Position numbers and translations under genes: made by a program. A DNA stretch of 61,990 nt from Patescibacteria group bacterium (lineage in GTDB: Bacteria; Patescibacteriota; Minisyncoccia; Phycocordibacterales; UBA918), in the NCBI GenBank assembly GCA_019745315.1, contig JAIETH010000005.1, forward strand, positions 1 to 61,990, written 5' to 3'. The notes below the pieces were generated by a model. That model saw only the letters and a list, made by a program, of their open reading frames with translations, was not told where the DNA came from and did no database searches. Shown here one piece after another: positions 45,634-54,606 of this stretch (position 1 is the first letter of the stretch; the number at the start of each line of letters is the position of its first letter).

Positions 45634-46080
45634 ATGAACTTTGAAGGAAGGGATACGGACATGCGTCCGAGTCCGAATGAAGAGTGTGGCGGGTGCGCGG
45701 CTGTCAACAGGCTCGTGCTCGCGCTCGTCTTGCTGCCGATCGTGATCGCCTGGCCGCTCGTGGGCGTCGCAATTTCGGCGGTCGCCTTCGTGATCCATCT
45801 CCGTCTCGCGATCGCCGGCAGCCTCGGCAACAAGCGGGCGCTGGTGGAGACGCCGCTGGTGAATCCCTGGGTGTCGCCGAAGCTCGCCGAGATGCCGCAG
45901 GTGCTGCAGCGTGGTCGCGACGGGCATCTCCATGGGATGGGTCGGCGTGGCCTGCTGGCTTTCGGCTCGCTGAAGCATCTCGCCCAGGGCGCGGCGCTCA
46001 TGCTGGCGAAGCTCCGCACCTGGCACGTCAACCTGCCGACCTGGCGCATCGCCAACCCGCGCGTCGCCGGCGCCCACTGA
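45634..46080 (+). CDS. GC-rich hypothetical membrane protein
   Basis: Third codon positions are almost all G/C. TM-like LVLALVLLPIVIAWPLVGVAISAVAFVI. Confidence 0.65.
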   Translation: MNFEGRDTDMRPSPNEECGGCAAVNRLVLALVLLPIVIAWPLVGVAISAVAFVIHLRLAIAGSLGNKRALVETPLVNPWVSPKLAEMPQVLQRGRDGHLHGMGRRGLLAFGSLKHLAQGAALMLAKLRTWHVNLPTWRIANPRVAGAH

Positions 46081-46221
46081 TCCCTGTTCGGGATCACGGG
46101 CGAGGGGTGGTGGAGGGCTTGCTCTCCACCACCCCAGCTACTGTTCTTCGCCCACCCGTCCACCGCATCGCGCGTGGCGTTTTTTTGTTTTTTAATTACC
46201 ATTCCACCCTCAAACCTCCTC

Positions 46222-46371
46222 TTGCACTTTTAAAAATCATCTGTATACTACCCGGAGCTTTACAGCTAAGACCTATGTTTCCGGGCTCGTCTCGCGAAAC
46301 CAATGGGCACAAAACCGCATATGCGGCGCGTGCCGCATATGCGTTTTTACTGTACTGGCTCGAATATATCT
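46222..46371 (+). promoter_or_regulatory. rplC promoter and structured leader with terminator-like hairpin
   Basis: TTGCAC-16 nt-TATACT (46222-46249); CCCGGA/TCCGGG stem; 12-bp CGCATATGCGGC/GCCGCATATGCG followed by TTTTT (46316-46348). Confidence 0.55.
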
Positions 46372-46998
46372 ATGAAATTTGTCCTCGGAACAAAACAAGA
46401 AATGACGCAAATTTTTGATGCACAAGGTCGCGCATGGCCAGGCACTATTTTGCGTATCGAGCCGTCTAAGGTTACTCAGGTAAAGACCGTTGAAACAGAC
46501 GGCTATGCGTCAGCTCAAATTGCGAGCGGTGCACAGAAAGAGCAGCGTCTCTCTAAGGCGCTTGTCGGCCACCTCAAAGGAGCATTTAAGACTGTTCGCG
46601 AATTCCGTCCTCAGACTGATCGAAACGAGACTCTTGAAGGTATTGAGTTTGGAGCAACTATTGACGCCAGCATCTTTGCTCCAGGAGATAAAGTTGTGGT
46701 TTCTGCAATTTCAAAAGGAAAAGGATTCCAAGGTGTGGTAAAGCGTCATGGTTTTGCAGGAGACAAGGCGTCTCATGGACGTAAGCACTCAATGCGAACT
46801 CCAGGATCTATCGGAGGAGGAGGTCGCGCAGGAGGTCGCGTTATCAAAGGTATGCGTATGGCAGGACGTATGGGAGGAGACCGTATCACGGTAAAGAACC
46901 TTCGCGTGCTCCAGGTGAATGCCGCAGAAAACGTACTCGTGATCGGAGGAGCTATTCCGGGACGACGCGGCACAGTAGTTGAGATTCGCGCGCTGTAA
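46372..46998 (+). CDS. rplC: 50S ribosomal protein L3
   Basis: LGTKQEMTQ, SKGKGFQGVVKRH, RTPGSIG, MAGRMG. Confidence 0.98.
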   Translation: MKFVLGTKQEMTQIFDAQGRAWPGTILRIEPSKVTQVKTVETDGYASAQIASGAQKEQRLSKALVGHLKGAFKTVREFRPQTDRNETLEGIEFGATIDASIFAPGDKVVVSAISKGKGFQGVVKRHGFAGDKASHGRKHSMRTPGSIGGGGRAGGRVIKGMRMAGRMGGDRITVKNLRVLQVNAAENVLVIGGAIPGRRGTVVEIRAL

Positions 46999-47016
46999 AA
47001 TGCATAACGACTGAAT

Positions 47017-47694
47017 ATGAAAGCTTCTATCTACAACACAACAGGAAAAGAAATACGCACTATCGAGGTGCCCGAAAGCATTTTCGGTGCCAAGTGGAAT
47101 GCTGATCTTGTGCATGAGGTTGTAACATCTATGATGAGTAATGCGCGCGCAGGTACTGCAGACGCTAAGGGACGTGGAGAAGTTCGCGGAGGAGGCCGCA
47201 AGCCATGGAAGCAGAAGGGTACTGGACGAGCGCGACATGGTTCACGACGTTCCCCTATATGGCGTGGTGGAGGTGTGACACACGGTCCACTTTCTGAAAA
47301 GGACTACTCAAAGAAAATCAACCGCGTTGCTCGCGCAAAGGCGCTCGGCGTAGCTCTTTCTAAGAAGTTTGCTGATGGAGAGATTGTATTTATCGACTCA
47401 TTCGGATTTGCTGAACCAAAAGCAAAAGATGCAAAGAATGTCCTCATTTCTCTTTCAACTATTAAGGGTATTGAAAAGCTTGCAGGGAAGCGAAAGAATG
47501 CAGCGCTCGTCGTAACAGGGGCTCGCGAAGTAAATACTGAAAAGAGTTTCCAGAATTTTGGTAACATCGAAGTTGCTCAGGTGAAGGATATCAATCCTGT
47601 TGAAGTGTTGGCTAATAAGTTTGTGATTTTCACAAATCCAGAGGCGGCACTTGAGATTTTGACTACTCGAATCGCCCCTGCTAAAAAGAAGTAA
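47017..47694 (+). CDS. rplD: 50S ribosomal protein L4
   Basis: RGEVRGGGRKPWKQKGTGRARHGS, WRGGGVTHGP. Confidence 0.98.
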   Translation: MKASIYNTTGKEIRTIEVPESIFGAKWNADLVHEVVTSMMSNARAGTADAKGRGEVRGGGRKPWKQKGTGRARHGSRRSPIWRGGGVTHGPLSEKDYSKKINRVARAKALGVALSKKFADGEIVFIDSFGFAEPKAKDAKNVLISLSTIKGIEKLAGKRKNAALVVTGAREVNTEKSFQNFGNIEVAQVKDINPVEVLANKFVIFTNPEAALEILTTRIAPAKKK

Positions 47695-47703
47695 TACACT
47701 ACC

Positions 47704-48063
47704 ATGGCTTTATTTGGATCAAAAAAAGAAAAGAAGACAGACGTAGCGCCAGCTGCTACTACATCTGTACCTGTTATCACTCGTGATATCTCACGCATCA
47801 TTGTGCGTCCGGTTATCACAGAAAAAGCTGCTGTGCTTGGAGATCGAAATGTGTATGCATTTGAAGTAGCTCCTCGTGCTACAAAGTTTGATGTTCGCGC
47901 TGCTGTTCAAAAGCTTTGGAATGTAACACCAGCACGCATCAATATTGTAAATCGTGTGCCACGTTCATTTGTGGTAAAGGCTAAGAATCGCGTTGGTACT
48001 CATCCGGGACAAAGAAAAGCATATGTTTTTCTCAAAAAAGGAGACCGTATTGATTTGGTATAA
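47704..48063 (+). CDS. rplW: 50S ribosomal protein L23
   Basis: RPVITEKA, YAFEVAPRATK, RKAYVFL. Confidence 0.95.
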   Translation: MALFGSKKEKKTDVAPAATTSVPVITRDISRIIVRPVITEKAAVLGDRNVYAFEVAPRATKFDVRAAVQKLWNVTPARINIVNRVPRSFVVKAKNRVGTHPGQRKAYVFLKKGDRIDLV

Positions 48064-48081
48064 CTTTTATAATATCAACAT

Positions 48082-48945
48082 ATGAAAAGCTATAAACCAG
48101 TAACTCCAGGACGTCGCGGAATGACCGTAGTGTCATATCGTGATTCTCTTACCTCTCACAAGAGTACTCCTCTGAAGTCTTTGACGAAGGGCAAGAGAAG
48201 TACCGGAGGACGCAACCATGCGGGGCGCACAACAAACTTCTATCAGGGAGGTGGTCATAAGCGAACGTACCGTCAAATTGACTTTGTATACAACAAAAAA
48301 GATATCCAGGCGCGCGTTGAAAGCGTTGAATATGACCCATTCCGAACAGGCTTCATTGCGCTTGCTGTATATGCAGACGGAGAGCGTCGCTATGTAGTTG
48401 CACCTAAGTCACTTGTTGCGGGAAGCACATTTATTGTATCTGAAACAGCACGTGCTCTTGTTGGGAACCGTCTACCTCTTGGTAAGATTCCCGTAGGAAC
48501 CTTTATCTACAACGTTGAGATTAAGCCTGGAGCAGGGGCGCGCATCGCTCGTTCAGCAGGAAACTACGCTGAAGTAGTGGCTCACGACGGAGGATATACG
48601 CAGGTGCGTCTCCCTTCGACTGAAGTTCGCAAAATCCTTAGCACTTCATGGGCGTCTATTGGAGCTGTTTCTAATGAAGAGCATCACTTGGTAAATATTG
48701 GTAAGGCAGGGCGTTCACGTTGGATGGGACTACGTCCTAAAAACCGTGGTACGGCTCGTAACGCAGTGGATCACCCACACGGAGGAGGAGAAGGACGCTC
48801 AGGACGTGGACATCGCCGTGCTCGTACTATGCAGGGACGTCCAGTTGGAAAGGGTCAGAAGTCTCGCCGACCAAAGAAGTACTCAAATGTTTTCATTGTT
48901 ACGCGACGAAAGCCTGGAATCCGCATGCAGAACCGAAAGGTATAA
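48082..48945 (+). CDS. rplB: 50S ribosomal protein L2
   Basis: GGRNHAGR, VEYDPFR, NAVDHPHGGGEG. Confidence 0.98.
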   Translation: MKSYKPVTPGRRGMTVVSYRDSLTSHKSTPLKSLTKGKRSTGGRNHAGRTTNFYQGGGHKRTYRQIDFVYNKKDIQARVESVEYDPFRTGFIALAVYADGERRYVVAPKSLVAGSTFIVSETARALVGNRLPLGKIPVGTFIYNVEIKPGAGARIARSAGNYAEVVAHDGGYTQVRLPSTEVRKILSTSWASIGAVSNEEHHLVNIGKAGRSRWMGLRPKNRGTARNAVDHPHGGGEGRSGRGHRRARTMQGRPVGKGQKSRRPKKYSNVFIVTRRKPGIRMQNRKV

Positions 48946-48980
48946 CAAAAAAACCATCCCTCTGGGATGGTTTTTTTGTT
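48944..48980 (+). terminator. Terminator after rplB
   Basis: AACAAAAAAACCATCCC-TCT-GGGATGGTTTTTTTGTT. Confidence 0.75.
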
Positions 48981-49025
48981 AGAGTCCCTGTGATATATTT
49001 TTAGGGATGCTCGGCTTTTTCACAA

Positions 49026-49127
49026 AGACCATCATTAAGAAAAACTGCGAAAGCGGGGTGTCTGCGTGATGGTCTAAGAAAAAACGATGAACGCACAACC
49101 CCGCACTCATGCGGGGTTTGTTCTTTT
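49026..49127 (+). promoter_or_regulatory. Candidate cis-regulatory RNA (stem with internal GAAA tetraloop hairpin) followed by a terminator-like hairpin
   Basis: AGACCATCA/TGATGGTCT, CTGC-GAAA-GCGG, then AACCCCGC/GCGGGGTT and TGTTCTTTTT before SD-like GGAGG. Confidence 0.4.
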
Positions 49128-49141
49128 TATGGGAGGAAAGA

Positions 49142-49555
49142 ATGGATTACGAATATGTCGAAAACGGACCGTTTGGGGACGTGCGGATGGCTTCGTGCGC
49201 GAGTACGCCCCTCTGTAGGCTTGTGCACCTATCACGAACCGGTAGCGAGGCTGTGAGGGCGAGTCTCTTGCGTAATACGTCGTTTCCGGGGGCTGATGAG
49301 CTGGCGCAGCACGAGCTTGAAAACTCTTCTGCAACTTGGGTTATTCGCCAAGCGATCGCAGGGAGTGTTAGGGTTTCTGAGGTGACTTTGCGAAGGGTTG
49401 CCTCAGGGGGAGAGTGGTTTGTGATGATTGCTCTCGCGAATAATCCACGCTGCCCCAAGGATATTTTAGAGGTGTGCGCGGCTGACCAACGGGTTTCCTT
49501 CAAGGAAATCACTGCTATCGCTCGTTCGCGCCTCCTCTCTGGCCTCGCCCTGTAA
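49142..49555 (+). CDS. Hypothetical protein with leucine-rich-variant / HEAT-like repeats
   Basis: [45 protein letters not shown]. Confidence 0.65.
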   Translation: MDYEYVENGPFGDVRMASCASTPLCRLVHLSRTGSEAVRASLLRNTSFPGADELAQHELENSSATWVIRQAIAGSVRVSEVTLRRVASGGEWFVMIALANNPRCPKDILEVCAADQRVSFKEITAIARSRLLSGLAL

Positions 49556-49573
49556 GGGTGCGGCCGTTTTTTG

Positions 49574-49602
49574 TTGACTTCCATATTCTCTTCAGGTACA
49601 CT
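49574..49602 (+). promoter_or_regulatory. Internal promoter for the rpsS-rplV-rpsC block
   Basis: TTGACT-17 nt-TACACT. Confidence 0.65.
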
Positions 49603-49647
49603 GCTTCGCGAGGCTCACTTTCGAGCTTTTTTATTTCCCTATATTTT

Positions 49648-49989
49648 ATGTCTCGGTCACTCTATAAAGGACCTTACGTCGACGAAAAGCTTCTCAAGAA
49701 AATTGAGGGCAAGAAACCCCAAGCAACAGGGTTGATTAAGACGTGGGCGCGCCGAAGTCAAATCTCTCCAGAAATGGTAGGTTTTAAGTTTGGTGTTCAC
49801 AATGGACGAGACTTCATCGAAGTCCTTGTGGCTGAGGAAATGGTAGGACATCGTCTTGGAGAATTCTCTCCGTCTAAGAAGTTTGTTCGCCACGGAGGAA
49901 AGATGCAGAAGGATATTGAGATGAAGAAGAAAGAGTCTGAAATTGCTGCAGCAAAAGCAACAAAGGTAGCTGACGTTAAAAAGAAGTAA
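49648..49989 (+). CDS. rpsS: 30S ribosomal protein S19
   Basis: [30 protein letters not shown]. Confidence 0.97.
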   Translation: MSRSLYKGPYVDEKLLKKIEGKKPQATGLIKTWARRSQISPEMVGFKFGVHNGRDFIEVLVAEEMVGHRLGEFSPSKKFVRHGGKMQKDIEMKKKESEIAAAKATKVADVKKK

Positions 49990-49990
49990 T

Positions 49991-50335
49991 ATGAAAGCGT
50001 TTGTTAAAAACTACCGTCAGTCACCACGTAAGGTTCGCCTACTGGCTGATTTGGTGCGTGGAAAGCAGGTAACAAAGGCAGTAACTCTTCTTGAGTTCTC
50101 TGAGAAGCGCGCGGGAGGAGCATTTTCAAAAGCACTTCGTTCAGCTATTGCGAATGCTCGCGTACAGGGAAAGAATGAAGAGACTCTTTTTGTTACGAAG
50201 GTAGCAGTAGACATGGGCCAGACACTTAAGCGTTTTATGCCACGTGCACGAGGATCAGCTTCCGCGATCCGCAAGCATTCAAGCCACATTGCAATTGAAC
50301 TTGGTGAGAAAGCGCTTAAGAAGGTTTCAAAATAA
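49991..50335 (+). CDS. rplV: 50S ribosomal protein L22
   Basis: RQSPRKVRL, LKRFMPRARG, SHIAI. Confidence 0.97.
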   Translation: MKAFVKNYRQSPRKVRLLADLVRGKQVTKAVTLLEFSEKRAGGAFSKALRSAIANARVQGKNEETLFVTKVAVDMGQTLKRFMPRARGSASAIRKHSSHIAIELGEKALKKVSK

Positions 50336-50352
50336 ACTGATTATATTTTTTC

Positions 50353-51132
50353 ATGACACACGTAGCTCATCCATTTATACAACGCGTAGGCATCGTCAAA
50401 GACTGGCGAAGTCGCTGGTTTTCAGTGAATCCGAAGCTCTTTCGTGAAAATCTTCGCGCAGATAACAAGGTACGTGATTTTCTAGCGAAGCGTCTTAAGG
50501 GTATGTACATTGCGGGTACTGACATTGAGATGGGTAATAAAGTAATGCGTATTATCATCCGTACATCTCGACCAGGACTTATTATTGGTCGTGGGGGAGA
50601 TGGTGCTCAAAAGCTTCGTAAAGATGTTGATCAACTTCTCCGCACACTAAAGCTTTCAGAAAAGCTTGATATCAAAATTGATATCGAAGAAGTTCGTTCT
50701 CCAGAATCAAGCGCTGCTATTGTAGGACAAATGATTGTAGAAGGACTTGAGAAGCGCATGCCGTTTCGTCGTGTGATGAAGCAGACTATTGAAAAGGTTA
50801 TGGCGAATCGCGACGTTGAAGGAGTCCGCGTTATTCTGTCAGGACGTCTTGGAGGAGCTGATATGAGTCGTACTGAAGAGTTGAAACGTGGACGAATTCC
50901 GCTCCAGACCCTTCGTGCTGACATCGACTTTGCTCGTGAGCGCGCACTTCTCCCATACGGAATCCTCGGTGTGAAGGTATGGATTTATCGTGGTCAGGTA
51001 TTTGCTGATCGTCGCACAAAGGGTGATGAGCAGACTGATCGAGGAGGAAAGGGTGAGGGGGCACGTCGTGAGTCAGCAGATCGAGGTGGATACCGTGCTC
51101 CAGCGTCTCGTGCGCCACGATCGGCTCAGTAA
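50353..51132 (+). CDS. rpsC: 30S ribosomal protein S3
   Basis: RPGLIIGRGG, GRLGGADMSR, GRIPLQTLRADID, GVKVWIY. Confidence 0.97.
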   Translation: MTHVAHPFIQRVGIVKDWRSRWFSVNPKLFRENLRADNKVRDFLAKRLKGMYIAGTDIEMGNKVMRIIIRTSRPGLIIGRGGDGAQKLRKDVDQLLRTLKLSEKLDIKIDIEEVRSPESSAAIVGQMIVEGLEKRMPFRRVMKQTIEKVMANRDVEGVRVILSGRLGGADMSRTEELKRGRIPLQTLRADIDFARERALLPYGILGVKVWIYRGQVFADRRTKGDEQTDRGGKGEGARRESADRGGYRAPASRAPRSAQ

Positions 51133-51146
51133 TTTTTATACTCTGT

Positions 51147-51575
51147 ATGTTGTTTCCTAAAAAAGTAAAACATCGCAAGTGGCAAACAGGTCGCCGCAAC
51201 CCAAATAAAGTCCGTGTTGAGACACGCGGGACGACTCTTTCCTTTGGTGCGTATGGTCTCAAGTCTATGAGCGAAGAGCGCGTAAAGTCTAATCAGATTG
51301 AAGCAGCTCGTCGCGTTATTAGTCGCTCACTCGGGAAGACGGGACGTATCTGGATTCGTATATTCCCAGACCGACCATTTACTAAGAAGGCAGCTGAAGT
51401 GCCGATGGGTAAGGGTAAGGGAGACCCAGAATACTTTGTATTCGAGGTGTTGCCAGGACGACTTTTGTTTGAAGTAGATGGAGTAACTCGTGCAGTAGCA
51501 CAAAACGCTCTCATCAAGGCTGGCAAGAAGCTTCCAATAAAGACGAAGTTTGTGAGTAGAGAAGTGGCTAGCTAG
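51147..51575 (+). CDS. rplP: 50S ribosomal protein L16
   Basis: PKKVKHRK, QIEAARR, WIRIFPD, MGKGKG. Confidence 0.97.
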   Translation: MLFPKKVKHRKWQTGRRNPNKVRVETRGTTLSFGAYGLKSMSEERVKSNQIEAARRVISRSLGKTGRIWIRIFPDRPFTKKAAEVPMGKGKGDPEYFVFEVLPGRLLFEVDGVTRAVAQNALIKAGKKLPIKTKFVSREVAS

Positions 51576-51657
51576 ACAAATACACACTTTTCGTGTATAA
51601 GTTTCGAACACATAACCTACGCTCAGAGTCAAAAAAATCGCAATCAGCCACAGTATT

Positions 51658-51840
51658 ATGAAAGAAATCAAAGAAAAAAACGATAAAGATCTTGCAGCGT
51701 TTCTCACAGAGAAACGTGAAGAAGTTCGTGTATTTCGATTTGGTACTGCGGGAAGTAAGGTTCGTGATGTTCGTGCTCAGAGAAAGACTCGTCGCATGAT
51801 TGCACGAGTACTTACAGAGATGAATGCACGAAAGGCATAG
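51658..51840 (+). CDS. rpmC: 50S ribosomal protein L29
   Basis: Lies between rplP and rpsQ; RKTRRMIARVLT. Confidence 0.9.
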   Translation: MKEIKEKNDKDLAAFLTEKREEVRVFRFGTAGSKVRDVRAQRKTRRMIARVLTEMNARKA

Positions 51841-51853
51841 TTATATTTTAAAT

Positions 51854-52108
51854 ATGGAAAAAACAGCAACACCAGAAGCAACAAAGAACGGACGCGTTTT
51901 CCGCGGTACTGTGGTGTCAACAAAAATGAAAGACACGATTGCAGTTGCTGTAACTCGGTATGTGAAGCATCCTAAGTACAAGAAGTATCAGACTCGCACA
52001 AAGAAGTACTTGGTACACGATGCAGGTAATACTAAGACAGAAGGTGAGGCGGTCACTATTCGTGAGACTCGTCCACTCTCAAAGAATAAGCATTTTGAGG
52101 TAGTTTAA
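51854..52108 (+). CDS. rpsQ: 30S ribosomal protein S17
   Basis: GTVVSTKMKDTI, KHPKYKK, ETRPLSKNKHF. Confidence 0.97.
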   Translation: MEKTATPEATKNGRVFRGTVVSTKMKDTIAVAVTRYVKHPKYKKYQTRTKKYLVHDAGNTKTEGEAVTIRETRPLSKNKHFEVV

Positions 52109-52113
52109 ATACC

Positions 52114-52485
52114 ATGATTCAACCACAAACACTCGTTACTGTAACCGACAACTCAGGCGCAAAGATAGGCCGCGTGTTTAAGGTTCTTGGTGGTTCTAAG
52201 CGTCGATATGCACAGATTGGTGACATCGTGATCCTTTCTGTACAGACTGCAGAGCCACGTAAGGCTACTAAGAAGAAGGATGTTGTTCATGGTATTGTGG
52301 TGCGTCAGCGCAAGGCATTCCGCCGCAAGGACGGGTCATATATTCGCTTTGACGATAACGCTGTAGTAATCGTTGAAAAAGAGAAACAGGTTCCTCGAGC
52401 AAACCGTGTATTCGGTCCAATCCCTCGAGAGATCGGAGAAATTGGTTTCCAAAAAATAGTATCCCTCGCACCTGAGGTTGTATAA
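52114..52485 (+). CDS. rplN: 50S ribosomal protein L14
   Basis: DNSGAK, IRFDDNAVV, RVFGPI, SLAPEV. Confidence 0.98.
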   Translation: MIQPQTLVTVTDNSGAKIGRVFKVLGGSKRRYAQIGDIVILSVQTAEPRKATKKKDVVHGIVVRQRKAFRRKDGSYIRFDDNAVVIVEKEKQVPRANRVFGPIPREIGEIGFQKIVSLAPEVV

Positions 52486-52495
52486 AAATTTCTAT

Positions 52496-52807
52496 ATGAA
52501 GATCAAAAAAGGAGATACAGTCATCGTTATTGCTGGAAAAGACCGTGGTAAAAGCGGAACTGTTTTGACAGCGTTTCCTAAAAAAGACATGATTTTGATC
52601 GATGGTATGCATATGGTAAAAAAGCACCAGAAAGCACGTCGTCAGGGTCAGAAAGGACAGGTTATTGACCGCGCGCTTCCTATGCATGTATCAAATGTTG
52701 CGCTCAAGGACTCTAAGACTGGAACGGCAACACGTGTTGGATACCAGATGCAGGACGGTAAGAAGGTACGAATTGCGAAAAAGAGCGGTACAAAAATCGC
52801 TGCATAA
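52496..52807 (+). CDS. rplX: 50S ribosomal protein L24
   Basis: MKIKKGDTVIVIAGKDRGK, MHVSNV. Confidence 0.97.
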   Translation: MKIKKGDTVIVIAGKDRGKSGTVLTAFPKKDMILIDGMHMVKKHQKARRQGQKGQVIDRALPMHVSNVALKDSKTGTATRVGYQMQDGKKVRIAKKSGTKIAA

Positions 52808-52827
52808 GCATGTTTTAAATTATACGT

Positions 52828-53367
52828 ATGTCAATCACAAAAGAAAAAGTAACAAAAAGCTTCACAGCACTCAAGGACGCTTTTGCGTACACAAATGTGA
52901 TGCAGGCGCCTCTCATCAAGAAGGTTGTTGTTTCTTCGGGTGTAGGAAAGATCAGCGACAAGCAGCAGCGTATCCTTATTCAGGATCGTCTCGCTCGCAT
53001 TACTGGTCAGAAGCCAGCTCCACGCGGTGCTAAGAAATCAATTGCTTCTTTCAAGCTTCGTGAGGGAGATGTGGTTGGGTACCAGGTGACACTTCATGGT
53101 GCTCGTATGTATAATTTCGTGGATAAGCTTATTCATATCGTGCTTCCACGTACTCGTGACTTCCGCGGTCTTGAAGCTTCAGCAATTGATGAGATGGGGA
53201 ATATCACCATCGGAATCAAGGAGCACACAATATTCCCGGAGGCCGCTGACGAGGAATTGCGAAGTGTCTTTGGTCTCGCAATCACCATTGTAACGACTGC
53301 GAAGAATAGAGAGGAGGCAGAGGTATTCCTTCGACACATAGGGTTACCTCTCAAGGAAAAGGGGTAA
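52828..53367 (+). CDS. rplE: 50S ribosomal protein L5
   Basis: ITGQKP, SFKLREG, LPRTRDFRG, IFPE. Confidence 0.97.
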   Translation: MSITKEKVTKSFTALKDAFAYTNVMQAPLIKKVVVSSGVGKISDKQQRILIQDRLARITGQKPAPRGAKKSIASFKLREGDVVGYQVTLHGARMYNFVDKLIHIVLPRTRDFRGLEASAIDEMGNITIGIKEHTIFPEAADEELRSVFGLAITIVTTAKNREEAEVFLRHIGLPLKEKG

Positions 53368-53475
53368 CAGGGACTCGTTTGAGTACTACTAGACGCGCCG
53401 TATGTTTGACATCGGAATGCGAAGGCGCTAGTATGCTCGGCAAGCCCTACGAGGCTTTTTATTTTCATACACCAT

Positions 53476-53661
53476 ATGGCAAAAACATCAGTAATCGCAC
53501 GCTCACAAAAAACCCCGAAATTCAAAAGTAGGGTAGTTCGTCGCTGTTTCAAGTGCGGACGCAAGCGAGCATATATGCGAGACTTCGATGTATGTCGTAT
53601 TTGTTTTAGAGAAATGGTCCACGAGGGACACATTCCAGGTATTAAGAAATCATCATGGTAG
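53476..53661 (+). CDS. rpsZ: 30S ribosomal protein S14 type Z (Zn-binding)
   Basis: 61 aa; RCFKCGR...CRICFRE, GIKKSSW. Confidence 0.96.
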   Translation: MAKTSVIARSQKTPKFKSRVVRRCFKCGRKRAYMRDFDVCRICFREMVHEGHIPGIKKSSW

Positions 53662-54050
53662 GAGACCCAGTAGGAGATTTTATTGTTCGCCTTACTAACG
53701 CTGGCGCTGTACGAAAAGAGATCGTATCTCTTCCGTACTCACAGCTGAAGCATGCGATCGCAGACAAGCTCAAAGAGCGTGGATATATTACTGAAGCTGT
53801 GAAGCAGGGTAAGAAAGTGAAGAAAACACTTGATGTAACTCTTCGCTACAATGCTGACGGATCGGCGTTCATTCAGGGAGTCTCTCGTGTTTCAAAGCCA
53901 GGACGACGCCTCTATGTAAAGAGTTCTGAGATTTTCCCAGTGAAGTTTGGTAAAGGAACAATGATCCTTTCTACTCCAGAGGGAATTCTCGCAGGAGACG
54001 AAGCACGCAAGAAAAAAGTAGGAGGAGAGAATCTCTTCATCATTTGGTAA
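53655..54050 (+). CDS. rpsH: 30S ribosomal protein S8
   Basis: DPVGDFIVRLTNA, RVSKPGRRLY, LSTPEGI. Confidence 0.97.
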   Translation: MVGDPVGDFIVRLTNAGAVRKEIVSLPYSQLKHAIADKLKERGYITEAVKQGKKVKKTLDVTLRYNADGSAFIQGVSRVSKPGRRLYVKSSEIFPVKFGKGTMILSTPEGILAGDEARKKKVGGENLFIIW

Positions 54051-54057
54051 AAAATAT

Positions 54058-54588
54058 ATGAGCCGTATTGGAAAACAACCTGTAGCACTCAATAAGACCG
54101 AAGCGACATACGCAAACGGTACCTTTACAGTAAAAGGTCCAAAAGGGACACTTTCACGCGCTTTTGGAAATGAAGTTGCTATTGCTATTGGAGCAGAAGA
54201 AATTACTCTCACACCTGCGAAAGAAACTGCTCTTGCAAAGGCTTTGTGGGGTACCTACGCTGCTCATATCCAGAACATGGTAAAGGGAGTAACAGAAGGT
54301 TTTGTAAAAGTGCTTCAGGTTGAGGGTGTTGGATACCGAGGAGAAGTAAAAGGCTCAACTCTTGTAATGCAGCTTGGATTCTCTCACCCAGTTATTGTTC
54401 CAATACCAGCAGGAGTCTCTGTGGTTATTGAAAAAGGTGTAATCACTATTTCAGGTATTGATAAGGAAGTAGTGGGGCAGTTTGCTGCAAATGTTCGCGC
54501 ACATCGTAAGCCTGAGCCATACAAAGGTAAAGGTATCCGATACCAGGGTGAATTTATCTTGCGAAAACAAGGAAAGAAGGCAACCTAA
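54058..54588 (+). CDS. rplF: 50S ribosomal protein L6
   Basis: MSRIGKQP, VKGPKG, GFSHPV, PEPYKGKGIRY. Confidence 0.98.
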   Translation: MSRIGKQPVALNKTEATYANGTFTVKGPKGTLSRAFGNEVAIAIGAEEITLTPAKETALAKALWGTYAAHIQNMVKGVTEGFVKVLQVEGVGYRGEVKGSTLVMQLGFSHPVIVPIPAGVSVVIEKGVITISGIDKEVVGQFAANVRAHRKPEPYKGKGIRYQGEFILRKQGKKAT

Positions 54589-54606
54589 TGTTTTTGATTT
54601 TATACT

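Noticed and set aside
45684-46418. 244-aa and other overlapping ORFs in the GC-rich insert
   Set aside because: Arg/Ala-rich shadow frames of the real 45634-46080 gene, caused by stop-codon scarcity at high GC.
53368-53475. Structured spacer between rplE and rpsZ as a regulatory RNA
   Set aside because: Only short, imperfect stems, with no second copy or recognisable motif; the evidence is too weak without an alignment.
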